DNA from: Polyangiaceae bacterium | Lineage (GTDB): Bacteria; Myxococcota_A; Polyangia; Polyangiales; Polyangiaceae | Direction: 5' to 3' | Assembly (NCBI GenBank): GCA_035063585.1 | Contig: JAPSGB010000011.1 | Span: 72,665-136,664, forward strand | DNA length: 64,000 nt | Part shown: positions 21,987 through 32,400 of the stretch, in pieces | How positions within the stretch are numbered: the first letter of the stretch is position 1 | Layout: each line of letters opens with the position of its first letter | The notes under the pieces: generated by a model | The model's input: the letters and a program-made list of their open reading frames with translations, nothing else | Databases searched by the model: none | What the model was told of the DNA's origin: nothing | Translations under genes and position numbers: made by a program

Positions 21987-22481
21987 TCAGCCGTCGTCGT
22001 CGAGGGGCTCGAGGCGCGAGTAGGTGCCGCGCCAGTACACGAGCGGCGCGCCCGCGTCGGAGTCGGCCGACAGCACGCGACCGATGAAGATGTCGTGGTC
22101 GCCGCCGTGACAAATGTCGGCGACCTCGCACTCGGCGCGCGCGAGCGTACCGGGTAAGAGCGGGCAGCCCGTCCGCGGGCCGGGGTGCCACTCGATCCCC
22201 GCGAAGCGGTCGCCCTCGAGCGCCGAGAAGCGCACCGACCAGTGGCGCTGGCCCGCGGCGAGCACGTTGACGGCGAACTTGCGGCCCACCCGCATCGGCC
22301 CGTGCGCGCGCGCCGTGCGATCCACGCACACGAGGCAGAGCGGCGGGTCGAGAGAGACACTCGTGAACGCGGTGGCGGTGAGCGCGTGCGGGGTGCCGTC
22401 GGCGTCGAGCGTGGTGACGACCGTCACGCTCGACGCGAACGAGCCCATGAGCGCGCGAAAATCCTCGTCCCGGACGGCCAC
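21987..22481 (-). CDS. Flavin reductase family protein (HpaC/DIM6-like)
   Basis: FRALMG.FASSVTVVT, SVSLDPPL, FAVNVL, GGDHDIFIG, PLVY..G.Y. Confidence 0.92.
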   Translation of the reverse strand: MAVRDEDFRALMGSFASSVTVVTTLDADGTPHALTATAFTSVSLDPPLCLVCVDRTARAHGPMRVGRKFAVNVLAAGQRHWSVRFSALEGDRFAGIEWHPGPRTGCPLLPGTLARAECEVADICHGGDHDIFIGRVLSADSDAGAPLVYWRGTYSRLEPLDDDG

Positions 22482-22517
22482 CCGCGGAGGCTAGCACAGC
22501 GGATTTAGTAAAGTGTA

Positions 22518-23649
22518 CTATAAAGTATCCGGGGCCTCCGGCGAGAGCACCGCGCACGAAGACGCCTTGAACACCGCGAACGCGCCGAGCCCCGGGGCGA
22601 GCCCGAGCTCCTCGTACGCCTCGAGGCTGATTTCGACGAAGAGCTCGGGGACGTCCGGCGCGAGGGCGACGCGCGCCACCGCGCGGGGACCGGCGGTGCG
22701 GAGCGCGGTCACCGTGCAGGGCGCGACGTTGCGCGCGGACAGACCCGCCGGGCGGTCCCGCGCGAGGATGACGTCGCGCGCCGGGATCGCGACGAGCGCG
22801 GCGGCGCCCGCCGGGAGCGCGCTCGAGCGGGTGAAGACGGTGACCGACTCGCCGAGCCGCACCACCGCGCCGGCGTCGCTCGGGGCGAGCACGCGGCAGG
22901 GGAGCAGGTTCTCGACGCCGCCCTCGGAGAGCGAGAAGAGCTCGGGATCGGCGAGGACCTCGCGCGGCTGCCCGCGCCCGACCGCGACGCCCTCGCGCAG
23001 CACGAGCACCTCGTCGGCGAGCGCGAGGAGCTCGTTCGGGTCGTGCGACACGAGCAGCATCGGCGCCGAGGTCTCGTCGCGGACGCGCTGGAGCAGGGGC
23101 AGGAGCCGCCGGCGGAGCGGCAGATCGAGCGCGGCGAGCGGCTCGTCGAGCAGGAGCAGCGCCGGGTCCGAGGCGAGCGCGCGGCCGAGCGCGACCCGCT
23201 GCCGCTCGCCGCCCGAGAGCGAAGCGACCGGACGCGTGAGCAGCCGCTCGAGCCCGAGGATGCGGGTGAGGTCGGCGAGCGACTGCTCGACGTCTCGGCC
23301 GCGAGCGCGCGCGCGCCGAGTGCCCGCGCGGAGGTTGCCGGCCACGTCGAGGTGCGGGAAGAGGAGCGCGTCCTGCGGCACGTAGCCGGTGCGGCGCGCC
23401 TCCGGCGTGAGGCGGACCCCGCGGGCGTCGTCGAGCCAGGTCTCGTCGCCGAGCCGGATGACGCCGCGCGCGTCCCTGCGGAGACCGGCGAGGCTCTCGA
23501 GCAGGCTCGTCTTGCCAGAGCCGGACGGCCCGAACACGCCGAGCACCCGCGCGGTCGACTCGAAGGCGACGCGGAGCGGAAATCGGTCGAGCGCGAGCGT
23601 GAGCTCGACCGTGAGGGGAGGCGGCGAGGCGGGCGTGGGGCCCGAGCAT
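22518..23649 (-). CDS. modC: Molybdate ABC transporter ATP-binding subunit with TOBE domain; 5' end irregular
   Basis: GPSGSGKT, GYVPQDALLFPHL, LSGGERQRVALGRAL, LLLDEP, VSHD, GLSARN, AVFKA. The family-like N-terminus extends about 35 codons above the first in-frame start (23546); ATG 23649 is out of frame. Confidence 0.8.
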
Positions 23650-23682
23650 ATTCGAACCTCGCCCCCCCAGCCACGCGCCCGG

Positions 23683-24615
23683 TCAGTCTTCGAGCGTGCC
23701 GTACTTTCCGCGCTCGAAGTCGCGGGCGGCCTCGACGATCTCCTCGCGGGTGTTCATCACGAACGGCCCGTAGGCGGCGATCGGCTCGTCGATGGGCTCG
23801 CCCGCGAGCACCAGGAGCTCGGCGCCGGGGGCGGCCTCGAGCGCGATGCGCGCGCCGTCGCGGGCGAAGATGACGAAGTCGTGCTGGCGCGCGCTCTGCC
23901 CACCGGCGAGCGCCGCGCTCCCGGCCATCACGAGCACCGCCGCGTTGTAGCTCGGAGGGAGCTCGAACGCGACCTCGCCGCCCGCCGTCGCGAGGACGTG
24001 GAGCACGCTCATCGGCGTGAAGGTGCGCGCCGGCCCGCGCGTGCCGAGCGCCTCGCCGGCGATGACGCGCACCGTGCCCGCGCCGCTCGGGAGCCGCACC
24101 TCGGGGATGTCCGCCGCGACGATGCTCTGGTAGCCGGGCGGGTCGTTCTTGTTCGCGCGCGGCAGGTTCACCCAGAGCTGCGCCATCTGCATCGGGCCGC
24201 CCGCGCGCGCCCACTCGGCCTCGTGATATTCCTTGTGCAGGATGCCGGAGGCGGCGGTCATCCACTGCACGTCGCCGGGCCCGATGACCCCGCCCGCGCC
24301 GGTGCTGTCGCGGTGCGCGACGCTGCCCTGGAAGGCGAGCGTCACGGTCTCGAAGCCGCGGTGGGGGTGCACCCCGACCCCGCGTGGCTTCGGGGTCGGC
24401 GAGTAGTGATACTCCGGGTGGTAGTCGAGCAGGAGGAACGGATCGAGCCGCCGCATCGCGTTCGGGATCGCGGAAAAATACCCCGCGACGCGGAAGCCGT
24501 CGCCGACCCAGTGATACCCGGGGCTCGGGTAGATCCCTTCGATCGAGCGCGCGGAGGCGCTCGGCCCGGCGATGGGTCTCGGGTCCGTCTCGGGGCGGTG
24601 GGCGGGCTGCGTCAT
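23683..24615 (-). CDS. Pirin family protein
   Basis: DPFLLLD, HPHRGFETVT, HRDSTG, VQWMTAASGILHKE, QLWVNLP, GPFVMNT. Confidence 0.93.
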   Translation of the reverse strand: MTQPAHRPETDPRPIAGPSASARSIEGIYPSPGYHWVGDGFRVAGYFSAIPNAMRRLDPFLLLDYHPEYHYSPTPKPRGVGVHPHRGFETVTLAFQGSVAHRDSTGAGGVIGPGDVQWMTAASGILHKEYHEAEWARAGGPMQMAQLWVNLPRANKNDPPGYQSIVAADIPEVRLPSGAGTVRVIAGEALGTRGPARTFTPMSVLHVLATAGGEVAFELPPSYNAAVLVMAGSAALAGGQSARQHDFVIFARDGARIALEAAPGAELLVLAGEPIDEPIAAYGPFVMNTREEIVEAARDFERGKYGTLED

Positions 24616-24785
24616 GGGGTGGCCTCGTGCTGCGGCGTGAGCGCCGCCGAGGACTCCACATAAGGCTACGAGGCCCGCTTGGCCAGCCCGCGGCGCGCGC
24701 GCTTCCCCGAATACTTGGCCCGCGGACTCGGGACCGGATAGCGCGGAGGCAAGACCGTCTGCGGTCCGAGAAGGGGAAAGCCCGG

Positions 24786-24956
24786 ATGTCGAACGACAAC
24801 CTGTGGTCACTGGCGCTGCTCCTCGTGTTCGAGCTCCCGCTGCTCGGGCTCCTCGTCCGGCGGCGACGTCCAGCGCCGAGCTCGCTCGTCGAGGACGCCT
24901 ACCGGCTCGGCGAGCGCGCCCGGCGCCCGGCGCTCCTGACGGGCAAGGCGCGCTGA
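24786..24956 (+). CDS. Small (56 aa) single-pass membrane protein, hypothetical
   Basis: Purine-rich AAGGGGAAAG upstream; MSNDNLWSLALLLVFELPLLGLLVRRRR hydrophobic helix followed by a basic patch; GC-biased codons. Confidence 0.45.
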   Translation: MSNDNLWSLALLLVFELPLLGLLVRRRRPAPSSLVEDAYRLGERARRPALLTGKAR

Positions 24957-25131
24957 CCGCCGCGCCGCCGGCCGCGACGGACCGGCAAATCCTCGGGGGC
25001 TTCCCGAGCGGAGCGAGCCTGAGACGAGGGAGGCCGTTGCCTGACGCGCTGCGGCAGGCTAGCTTCCGCGCGGCGCCGAGCCGGGCCTCGGCCGCGGCGC
25101 CGAGGAACGACACTCGCTACGAGGAGCCGGC

Positions 25132-26484
25132 ATGTCCGAACCCCTGTCCCGCGCGCGGATGCGAGAGCTCTTGGGCACGCGGCGCATCGAGCACGTGGTC
25201 GTGCTCGGCGCGAACGGCACCATGGGCTACGGCTCGGGCGCGCTCTTCGCGCGTTCGGCGGCGCGCGTCACCTTCCTCGCGCGCACCCGCGACAAGGCCG
25301 CGGAGGGGCTCGCCCGCGCGGTGAAGCAGGTGCGCTCGCCCGCCATCGCCGAGCGGGTCGCGCTCGGCTCGTACGACGCCGACCTCGAGCGCGCGGTCGC
25401 CGAGGCGGATCTCGTGTTCGAGGCGGTCGCCGAAGATCCGGCGGTGAAGCGCCCGCTCTTCGAGCGCATCGACGCCGCTCGCCGCCCGGACGCGATCGTC
25501 TCGACGGTGACCTCGGGGCTCAGCATCAACCAGCTCGGCGAGGGGCGGAGCGCGTCGTTCCGGCGGCATTTCCTGGGGCTCCATTTCTTCAACCCACCGA
25601 ACGTGATCGCCGGCACCGAGCTCGTGCCGGGCCGGGAGACGGACGCGGCGCTCACCGACTTCGTCGAGGCCTACGCGACCCTCGAGCTCGGCCGCGTGAC
25701 GGTGCGTACCGAAGACACCCCGGGGTTCGCCGGCAATCGCGTGGGGTTCAAGGTGCTGAACGAGGCCGCCGGGCTCGCGCTCGAGCACGGGCCGATGCTC
25801 ACGGATCGTCTCATCGGACCTTACACGGGCAGGGCGCTCGCGCCGCTCGCGACCATCGATTTGGTGGGATGGGACGTCCACGCCGCCATCGTCGACAACG
25901 TGTTCGCGAACACGGACGACGAGGCGCACGCCGCGCTCGCGCTCCCCGCCTTCATGCGGGAGCTCATCGGAAAGGGAGTCCTCGGCCGAAAGTCGGGCGG
26001 CGGGTTCTTCAAGCGGGACGCCGAGAAGCGAAAGCTCGTGCTGGAGCCGAAGACGGGGGACTACACGCTCGCGAGCGAGGTGACGCTCCCCGCGCTCCCC
26101 TTCATCGAGCGGGTGAGCGAGCGGCACCGCTACGGGGACTACCGCGGCGCGCTCGCCGAGCTCGCCCGCGCCGAGGGCGAGTACGCTCGGCTCGCGAAGC
26201 GCGTGCTCGCGGGCTACGTGAGCTACGCGCTCCACCGCGTGGGCGAGGTCACGCGCTCGCTCCGCGAGCTCGATCTCATCATGGGATTCGGCTTCAACTG
26301 GGCGCCGCCCGGGGTGCTCATCGACGCCTTCGGGGCGAGCGTCATGGCGGACCTGATGGAAGCCTCGGGCGTGCCGGTGCCGGCGGCGCTCGAGCGCGCG
26401 CGGCGCGGCGAGGCGCCGCGCTTCTACGACGACCGCGCGACCGGGATCGGCAGGTTCTTCGTCGCGGCCCCCGCCGCGAGCTGA
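25132..26484 (+). CDS. 3-hydroxyacyl-CoA dehydrogenase family protein
   Basis: GANGTMG, FEAVAED, HFFNPP, DTPGFAGNR, GRKSGGGF, GFNWAPP; GAGGAG RBS. Confidence 0.88.
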   Translation: MSEPLSRARMRELLGTRRIEHVVVLGANGTMGYGSGALFARSAARVTFLARTRDKAAEGLARAVKQVRSPAIAERVALGSYDADLERAVAEADLVFEAVAEDPAVKRPLFERIDAARRPDAIVSTVTSGLSINQLGEGRSASFRRHFLGLHFFNPPNVIAGTELVPGRETDAALTDFVEAYATLELGRVTVRTEDTPGFAGNRVGFKVLNEAAGLALEHGPMLTDRLIGPYTGRALAPLATIDLVGWDVHAAIVDNVFANTDDEAHAALALPAFMRELIGKGVLGRKSGGGFFKRDAEKRKLVLEPKTGDYTLASEVTLPALPFIERVSERHRYGDYRGALAELARAEGEYARLAKRVLAGYVSYALHRVGEVTRSLRELDLIMGFGFNWAPPGVLIDAFGASVMADLMEASGVPVPAALERARRGEAPRFYDDRATGIGRFFVAAPAAS

Positions 26485-26495
26485 AAAGAGGCGAG

Positions 26496-27725
26496 ATGAC
26501 CCGCGACGTGTACGTGCTCGGCGGCTACCAGACGGATTTTTCGCGGAACTTCGCGAAGGAGAACAAGCACCTGCTCGCGCTCATGCGCGAGGCGGTGGAG
26601 GGCGCGCTCGGCGCGACCGGCGTCGCGCCCGGCGACATCGACGTCGCTCACGTCGGCAATTTCGCCGCCGAGCTCTACGCCATGCAGGGTCACCTCGGCG
26701 CGTTCTTCGTCGAGCTCGATCCGGTGTTCACGGGGCTGCCGACCTCGCGACACGAGGCGGCCTGCGCCTCGGGGAGCATCGCCGCGCTCGCCGCCTCGGC
26801 CGAGCTCGAGGCGGGGCGCTACGAGCTCGCGTGCGTGGTCGGCGTCGAGCAGATGAAGACCGTAGAGGCCGCGCGCGGCGGTGACTTTCTCGGCACCGCC
26901 GCCTTCTACGAGCGGGAGGCGAAGGGCGTCGAGTTCCCGTTCCCGAAGCTCTTCGGTAGGCTCGGTGACGAGTACGACCGGCGCTACGGGCTCGACGACG
27001 CGCACCTCGCGAAGCTCAGCGCGAAGAACTACGCCAACGCGCGGCGTAACCCGAACGCCCAGACGCGAAGCTGGACCATGAGCGAGGCGCACGCGCTCTG
27101 TCGCACGAGCGACAACCCGGCGGTCGGCGGGCGGCTCCGCGTGAGCGACTGCTCGCAGGTCACCGACGGAGCCGCGGTGGTGCTGCTCGCGGCGGGCGAG
27201 GCGGCCCGGCGCCACGCGCGCCGGCTCGGCGTGCCGCTCGAGTCGCTCCCGCGCCTACGCGGCTGGGGCCACCGCACGGCCCGGCTCGCGTTCGCCGACA
27301 AGATCGCCGCGAGCGCGGGCGCGCGCTACGTCCTCCCCGAGGTGCGCGCGACCATCGAGGACGCCTACCGGCGCGCGGGCATCGCGGGCCCCGAAGCGCT
27401 CGACGTCATCGAGACCCACGACTGCTTTACGACCTCCGAGTACATGGCGATCGATCACTTCGGGCTGACGCCGCCCGGCGAGAGCTGGCGAGCCATCGAG
27501 GACGGCTCGCTCGAGCTCGGCGGGCGGCTCCCGGTGAACCCGAGCGGCGGGCTCATCGGCGCCGGTCACCCGGTGGGCGCGACCGGCGTGCGCCAGCTCC
27601 TCGACGCCTGGAAGCAGGTGAGCGATAGCGCCGGCGATTACCAAGTGGAGGGCGCCAAGACGGCCGCCACCTTGAACCTCGGCGGCACCGCGACCACCAG
27701 CGTGAGCTTCGTGGTCGGCGTCTGA
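26496..27725 (+). CDS. Acetyl-CoA acetyltransferase (SCP-x-type thiolase)
   Basis: EAACASG, DCSQVTDG, ETHDCF, NPSGGLIGAGHPVGATG. Confidence 0.9.
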   Translation: MTRDVYVLGGYQTDFSRNFAKENKHLLALMREAVEGALGATGVAPGDIDVAHVGNFAAELYAMQGHLGAFFVELDPVFTGLPTSRHEAACASGSIAALAASAELEAGRYELACVVGVEQMKTVEAARGGDFLGTAAFYEREAKGVEFPFPKLFGRLGDEYDRRYGLDDAHLAKLSAKNYANARRNPNAQTRSWTMSEAHALCRTSDNPAVGGRLRVSDCSQVTDGAAVVLLAAGEAARRHARRLGVPLESLPRLRGWGHRTARLAFADKIAASAGARYVLPEVRATIEDAYRRAGIAGPEALDVIETHDCFTTSEYMAIDHFGLTPPGESWRAIEDGSLELGGRLPVNPSGGLIGAGHPVGATGVRQLLDAWKQVSDSAGDYQVEGAKTAATLNLGGTATTSVSFVVGV

Positions 27726-27854
27726 CGGTGGGGAGCGCCACGGGCGCCGCGCGAGCCCGCCGCTGGCGCGCCGCGCCGCCGGCCGCGACGGACCGGCCCA
27801 CCCGAGCCGGCGCTCGGGCGCGGCGCTCGCGGCCGCGCGCCGCTCACCCCGAGC

Positions 27855-29330
27855 TCACCGCGCGCCGAGCGCGGCCTCGAGCTTCTCGCACAGCGTGCGG
27901 AGGATCTTCACGCGGGCGTAGCGCTTGTCGTTCGCTTCGATGAGCGTCCAGCGGGCAAACTCGGTGCTGGTGCGCGCGATCATGTCGCTCGCGGCGAGCT
28001 CGTAGAGGGTCATCTTCTCGCGGTTTCGGTAGTCTTCCGGGGTGATCTTGTACTTTTTCCACGGGGCGCGCTCGCGCTCCTGGAAGCGCCGGAGCTGTTC
28101 GTCGGCGCTGATGTGGAGCCAGAATTTCACGAGCACGATGCCGTGCTCGACGAGCTGCTCCTCGAAGTCGTTGATCTCCTTGTAGGCGCGCATCCACGCC
28201 GCCTCGCTCGCGAACCCTTCGGCGCGCTCGACCAGCACCCGGCCGTACCAGGTGCGATCGTAAATCGTGAGCCGCCCGAGGCGCGGGAGGTGCCGCCAGA
28301 AGCGCCAGAGGTAATGGTGCGCGCGCTCCTCGTCGGTGGGCGCGGCGATCGGGATCACGCGGTACGAGCGCGCGTCGAGCGCGTGGGTGATGCGGCGGAT
28401 GGCGCCGCCCTTGCCGGCCGCGTCCCAGCCCTCGAAGGCGAGGATCGCGCCGACCTGCCGCTTCGGCATCTTGCGCGAGAGCCGGTTCAGCCGCGCCTGG
28501 AGCGCGGCGAGCTCGCGCTCGTAGTCCGGCTTCGGGAGCGACCTCGAGAGATCGAGCGTGTCGAGGATGGTCTCGGGGTTCTGGACGCTGGCGCTCGGCG
28601 CGAGCGCGCGCTCGGCGACCGGCGCGGTGAGGCGCTGATCGATGCGCTCGACGATGTGGCGCGCGACGAACACGTCGCGGTGGCGCGCGTCCGTGCCCTC
28701 GACCAGCGTCCACGGCGCGCTCCCGGTGCTCGTCTGCCGGAGGGTGCGGGCGCAGATGCGGCGGAAGGAGTCGTAGAGGGCGTGATGCCTCCAGTCGCGC
28801 TTCTTCACCCGCCAGCGGGTGCCCTTCGAGGATTGGAGCTCCTCGAAGCGGCGCTTCTGCTGCTCGCGGCTCACGTGAAACCAGAGCTTGATGACGAGCG
28901 CGCCGTCGGCGACGAGCGCGGCCTCGAACGCGTTCACCCGCACGAGCTCGGCGTCGAGCTCGCGGTCGTTGGTCGTGCCGTAGGCGCGATCGAGGATGGG
29001 CTTCGTGTACCAGGAGCCGAAGAAGATCCCGACCCGCCCGCGCGGCGGGAGCCACATCCAGAAGCGCCAGTAGGGCGGGCGCTGGCGCTCCTCTTCGGTC
29101 GGGGGAGCGTAGGCGCGGGTGTCGAGGTAGCGCGCGTCCATCCACTCGTGCAGGCGGTTGATGCAGTCGCCCTTGCCGGCGCCGTCGACGCCGTTCACGA
29201 GGATGAGCACGGGAAAATCCGCGTCCGCGAGCGCCTTCTGCACGCGAAGGAGCGCCGTCCGCACTCCGGGGACCGCCTCCTCGTACTCCTCCTTGCCAAG
29301 CCGCCTGCCGAGCTCCGCCGTCTCGAACAT
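27855..29330 (-). CDS. pap: Polyphosphate:AMP phosphotransferase (class II PPK2, two domains)
   Basis: MFETAELG start; two P-loops GVDGAGKG and GWDAAGKG; YLWRFWRHLP, DRTWYGRVLVER. Confidence 0.92.
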   Translation of the reverse strand: MFETAELGRRLGKEEYEEAVPGVRTALLRVQKALADADFPVLILVNGVDGAGKGDCINRLHEWMDARYLDTRAYAPPTEEERQRPPYWRFWMWLPPRGRVGIFFGSWYTKPILDRAYGTTNDRELDAELVRVNAFEAALVADGALVIKLWFHVSREQQKRRFEELQSSKGTRWRVKKRDWRHHALYDSFRRICARTLRQTSTGSAPWTLVEGTDARHRDVFVARHIVERIDQRLTAPVAERALAPSASVQNPETILDTLDLSRSLPKPDYERELAALQARLNRLSRKMPKRQVGAILAFEGWDAAGKGGAIRRITHALDARSYRVIPIAAPTDEERAHHYLWRFWRHLPRLGRLTIYDRTWYGRVLVERAEGFASEAAWMRAYKEINDFEEQLVEHGIVLVKFWLHISADEQLRRFQERERAPWKKYKITPEDYRNREKMTLYELAASDMIARTSTEFARWTLIEANDKRYARVKILRTLCEKLEAALGAR

Positions 29331-29492
29331 GCTCGCCTCCTTCGATTCCCGCGCTTGCGTCGTAGTAGCACCGCTCTCGATGATGCGTCGCGTCAATCGG
29401 GGGCCGTGGCGTGGCGCATCTCCCCAGGGAAGCCGGGGATTCTGTTACCGTACCTTCCCGGCCATCTTCGCCGCCGGAGTGATGGGGTACCC

Positions 29493-32400
29493 GTGTCCAC
29501 GGACGTTCCGAAGCCGCCCACCAAAAGCCCGAGCGGAGCGCGCGCGCTCCGGCTCGAAGAACTGACCGCGCTGCTCGAGCAGCCGCTCGAGCTCCCCGAC
29601 GCCGTGCTCGAGACCTTGGTGACCGCCATGGCCAAGGGCCAGCCGCACCCGGAGCTCTTCCGAGCGCTCCACGACGCCGCGGAGCGGAGCGACAAGCTCG
29701 CCGAGCTCGCCTTCGCCTACGAGCACGTCACCGCCGATCGGCGCGTGAAGCTGCTCCAGGCACCGATGCAAGCCGAGCTCCACCTGAACGCGGCGCGCTT
29801 CTTCGGCGAGGTGTTCGGGGACTCCGACGGCGCCGTGAAGTACGCCGAGCGCGCGCTCTCCGCGGCGCCGGGGAGCGGCGAGGCGGTCGAGCTCATCGAG
29901 CGCCTGCTCCGGGGCGCGCCCGACTCGTCGCGGCTCGTGAAGATCCTGGTCGACGCCTCGAGCGCGGAGCGCGAGCGCGAGCGGCAGGCGGCGCTGCTCG
30001 CGCGCGCCGCCGGGCACCTCGAGGCCGCGCCCGACGCGCATGAGCTCGCCATCGACGTGTACCAGCGGCTGCTTCGGGTCGAGCCCGGCGCGGCCGGCGT
30101 CCGGAGCGCGCTCGAGGCGCGGCTCACCCAGGCGGGTCGCCCTCGCGACGCCGCGAAGCTGCTCGAGGCGGCGCTCGCCGGCGACGTCGCGGCGGTGCCC
30201 GCCGAGGACGCGCTCGCGATGCGCGCGCGACTGGTCTCGCTCTACGCGGGCGCGCTCGGCGAGCTCCCGCGCGCGCTGCCGCACGTCGAGGTGCTGCTCG
30301 CCGCGCGCCCGGCCGACGCCGCGGCGCTCGCCGCGGCCGAGGCGCTGCTCGAGCACAAGGTGTCGGCGCCCCGCGCGACGGCCGCGCTCTCGGACGCCTA
30401 CGAGCAGCTCGGGCGGCTGCCCGAGGCGGCTGCGATGCTCTCGCGGGAGCTCAAGGTGGTGCGCGGGCCGCGCCGGATGGACGTGCAGCGGCGGCTCGCG
30501 ATCCTGCGCCAGGACGTGCTCGGCGACGCCACCGGCGCGCTCGAGCTGCTCGGTCCGGTGGTGGCCGCCGATCCGGGCGACGACGCCCTGCGCGAGCGCT
30601 ACGTCGCGCTCGCGCTCGAGCTCGGCCAGCCGCAGGAGGCCGCGCGGCTGCTCGCGCGGGCGCTCACCACCTGCAAGGCTCCGGCGGTGCGCGCCCGCGT
30701 CGGCGCGGACGTCGGGCGCGTGTTCCTCGCGGCGGGCGACAAGCGCCGCGCCGAGGCTGCGCTCGCGCTCATCCTCGACGAGCGCCACGACGACGCGGCG
30801 GTGCTCGCCGCTGCGCGGCTGCTGGTCGAGCTCCACGCCGACAGCGGTGACCCCGCGGCGCTCGCCGCCGCCCTCGAGCACGTGGTGCGGCTCGAGCCCG
30901 ATCCGAACAGCCGGCACGCCGCTGCGCGCCGCCTGGTTCGGATGAGCGAGGGGGAGGGCGGAGAGCCGGCGCGGGCCGCGGTCGGGTGGCGCGCGCTCAT
31001 CGACTCGCCGTGGGCGGACGAGGCGCTCGGCAAGCTCGAGGCGCTCTACGAAGCGTCGGGAGACGTCGAGGGCGCCATCGAGGTGCTCGAGCGGCGCGCG
31101 GAGCGCGCCAAGGATCGCGAGGCAGGGCGCGCGCTCGCCTTCAAGGCGGCCGAGCTTCGCTCGAGCCGCTCGCGAGACCGCCGGGCCGCGCTCGGCGCGT
31201 GGCGCGGGTTCGTCGCGACCTACGGTGCGTCGCGCGAGGCGCACGCGCGCCTCGCGCCGCTGCTCGAGCAAGAGAAGGAGTGGGCGGAGCTCGTGTGGCT
31301 CCTCGAGCGCGAGCTCGAGCTCGCGCCGCTGGAGGAGCGCGCGGCGCTCTGGGCGCGCATCGGTCAGCTGCGGCTCGGCCCGCTCGGGGACTCCGCGGGC
31401 GCGCTCGCGGCGTTCGGCGAGGCGCTCCGGCTCGAGCCCTCGGAACGAGCGAGTCGCGCCGCGCTCGAGAAGCTGCTCGGCGCGGGCGACGCGCGGCTCG
31501 CCGCCGCCGCCATCCTCGAGCCGCTCTACCGCGCCGAGGAGCCGAGCACCTCGCTCCTCCGCGTGCTCGAGGCCCGAGGCGAGCTCGCTCCGACGCCCGC
31601 CGAGCGGCTCGCCGCGCTCGGCGAAGCCGCGGACACGGCCGAGCGCGCGCTCGGCGATCCGACGCGCGCGCTCCGGCTCGCGGGCGAGGGGCTCGCGCTC
31701 GCGGCCGGGGCGCTCCCGACCGAGGTGCCCGCGTGGCTCGCGCGCGCGCAGGCGCTCGCCAGCGTGGTCGCCGATCCGGCGGCGCGGGCCGCCGCGCTCG
31801 CCCCCGCCGTCGAGGGGCGAGCGGTGGACTCAGCGGCCCTGCTCGAGGTGGCGCGCGCCGCGGGTGAGGCGCTCGGGCTCGCGGGCGAGGTGCCCCGCGC
31901 GATCGAGATCTACCGCGCGGCGCTCGCGTTCGAGCCTGCCTCGAGCGAGCTGCTCGCGCGCGTGGACGAGCTGCTCGCGCAGCAGGGGAGCCCGGGTGAG
32001 CGGCTCGCGCTCTACGAGACCGCGCTCGCGCAGGCGACCGAGCCGGTCCGCCGCCGCGAGCTCCTGCATGCGACCGCCGCGCTCCGGCGGCGCGAGCTCG
32101 ACGATCTCCCCGGCGCGATCGCGATTTGGCGCGCCGTGCTCGCCGAGGATCCGGACGATTTCGCGGCGCATCAGGCGCTGGTGCAGGCGCTCGGCGAGCG
32201 CGGTGAGCGCGACGCGCTCCGCGCGGAGCTCGAGCGCGCGCTCGGTCGCGCCGAGGGTGAGCGGCGCGACGCGCTCCGCGCGCGGCTCGCCGAGGCGCTC
32301 GCCGACGACGGCGAGGTGGCCGGCGCGCTCGAGCACTATCGCGCGCTCCTCGAGCACGCGGAGCTCGACGACGAGGTGCTCGCGCGGATCGAGCGGCTGG

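Noticed and set aside
28113..29492. N-terminal 460 codons of the 3952-aa ORF
   Set aside because: Antisense to pap; TPR-like sequence begins only near GTG 29493.
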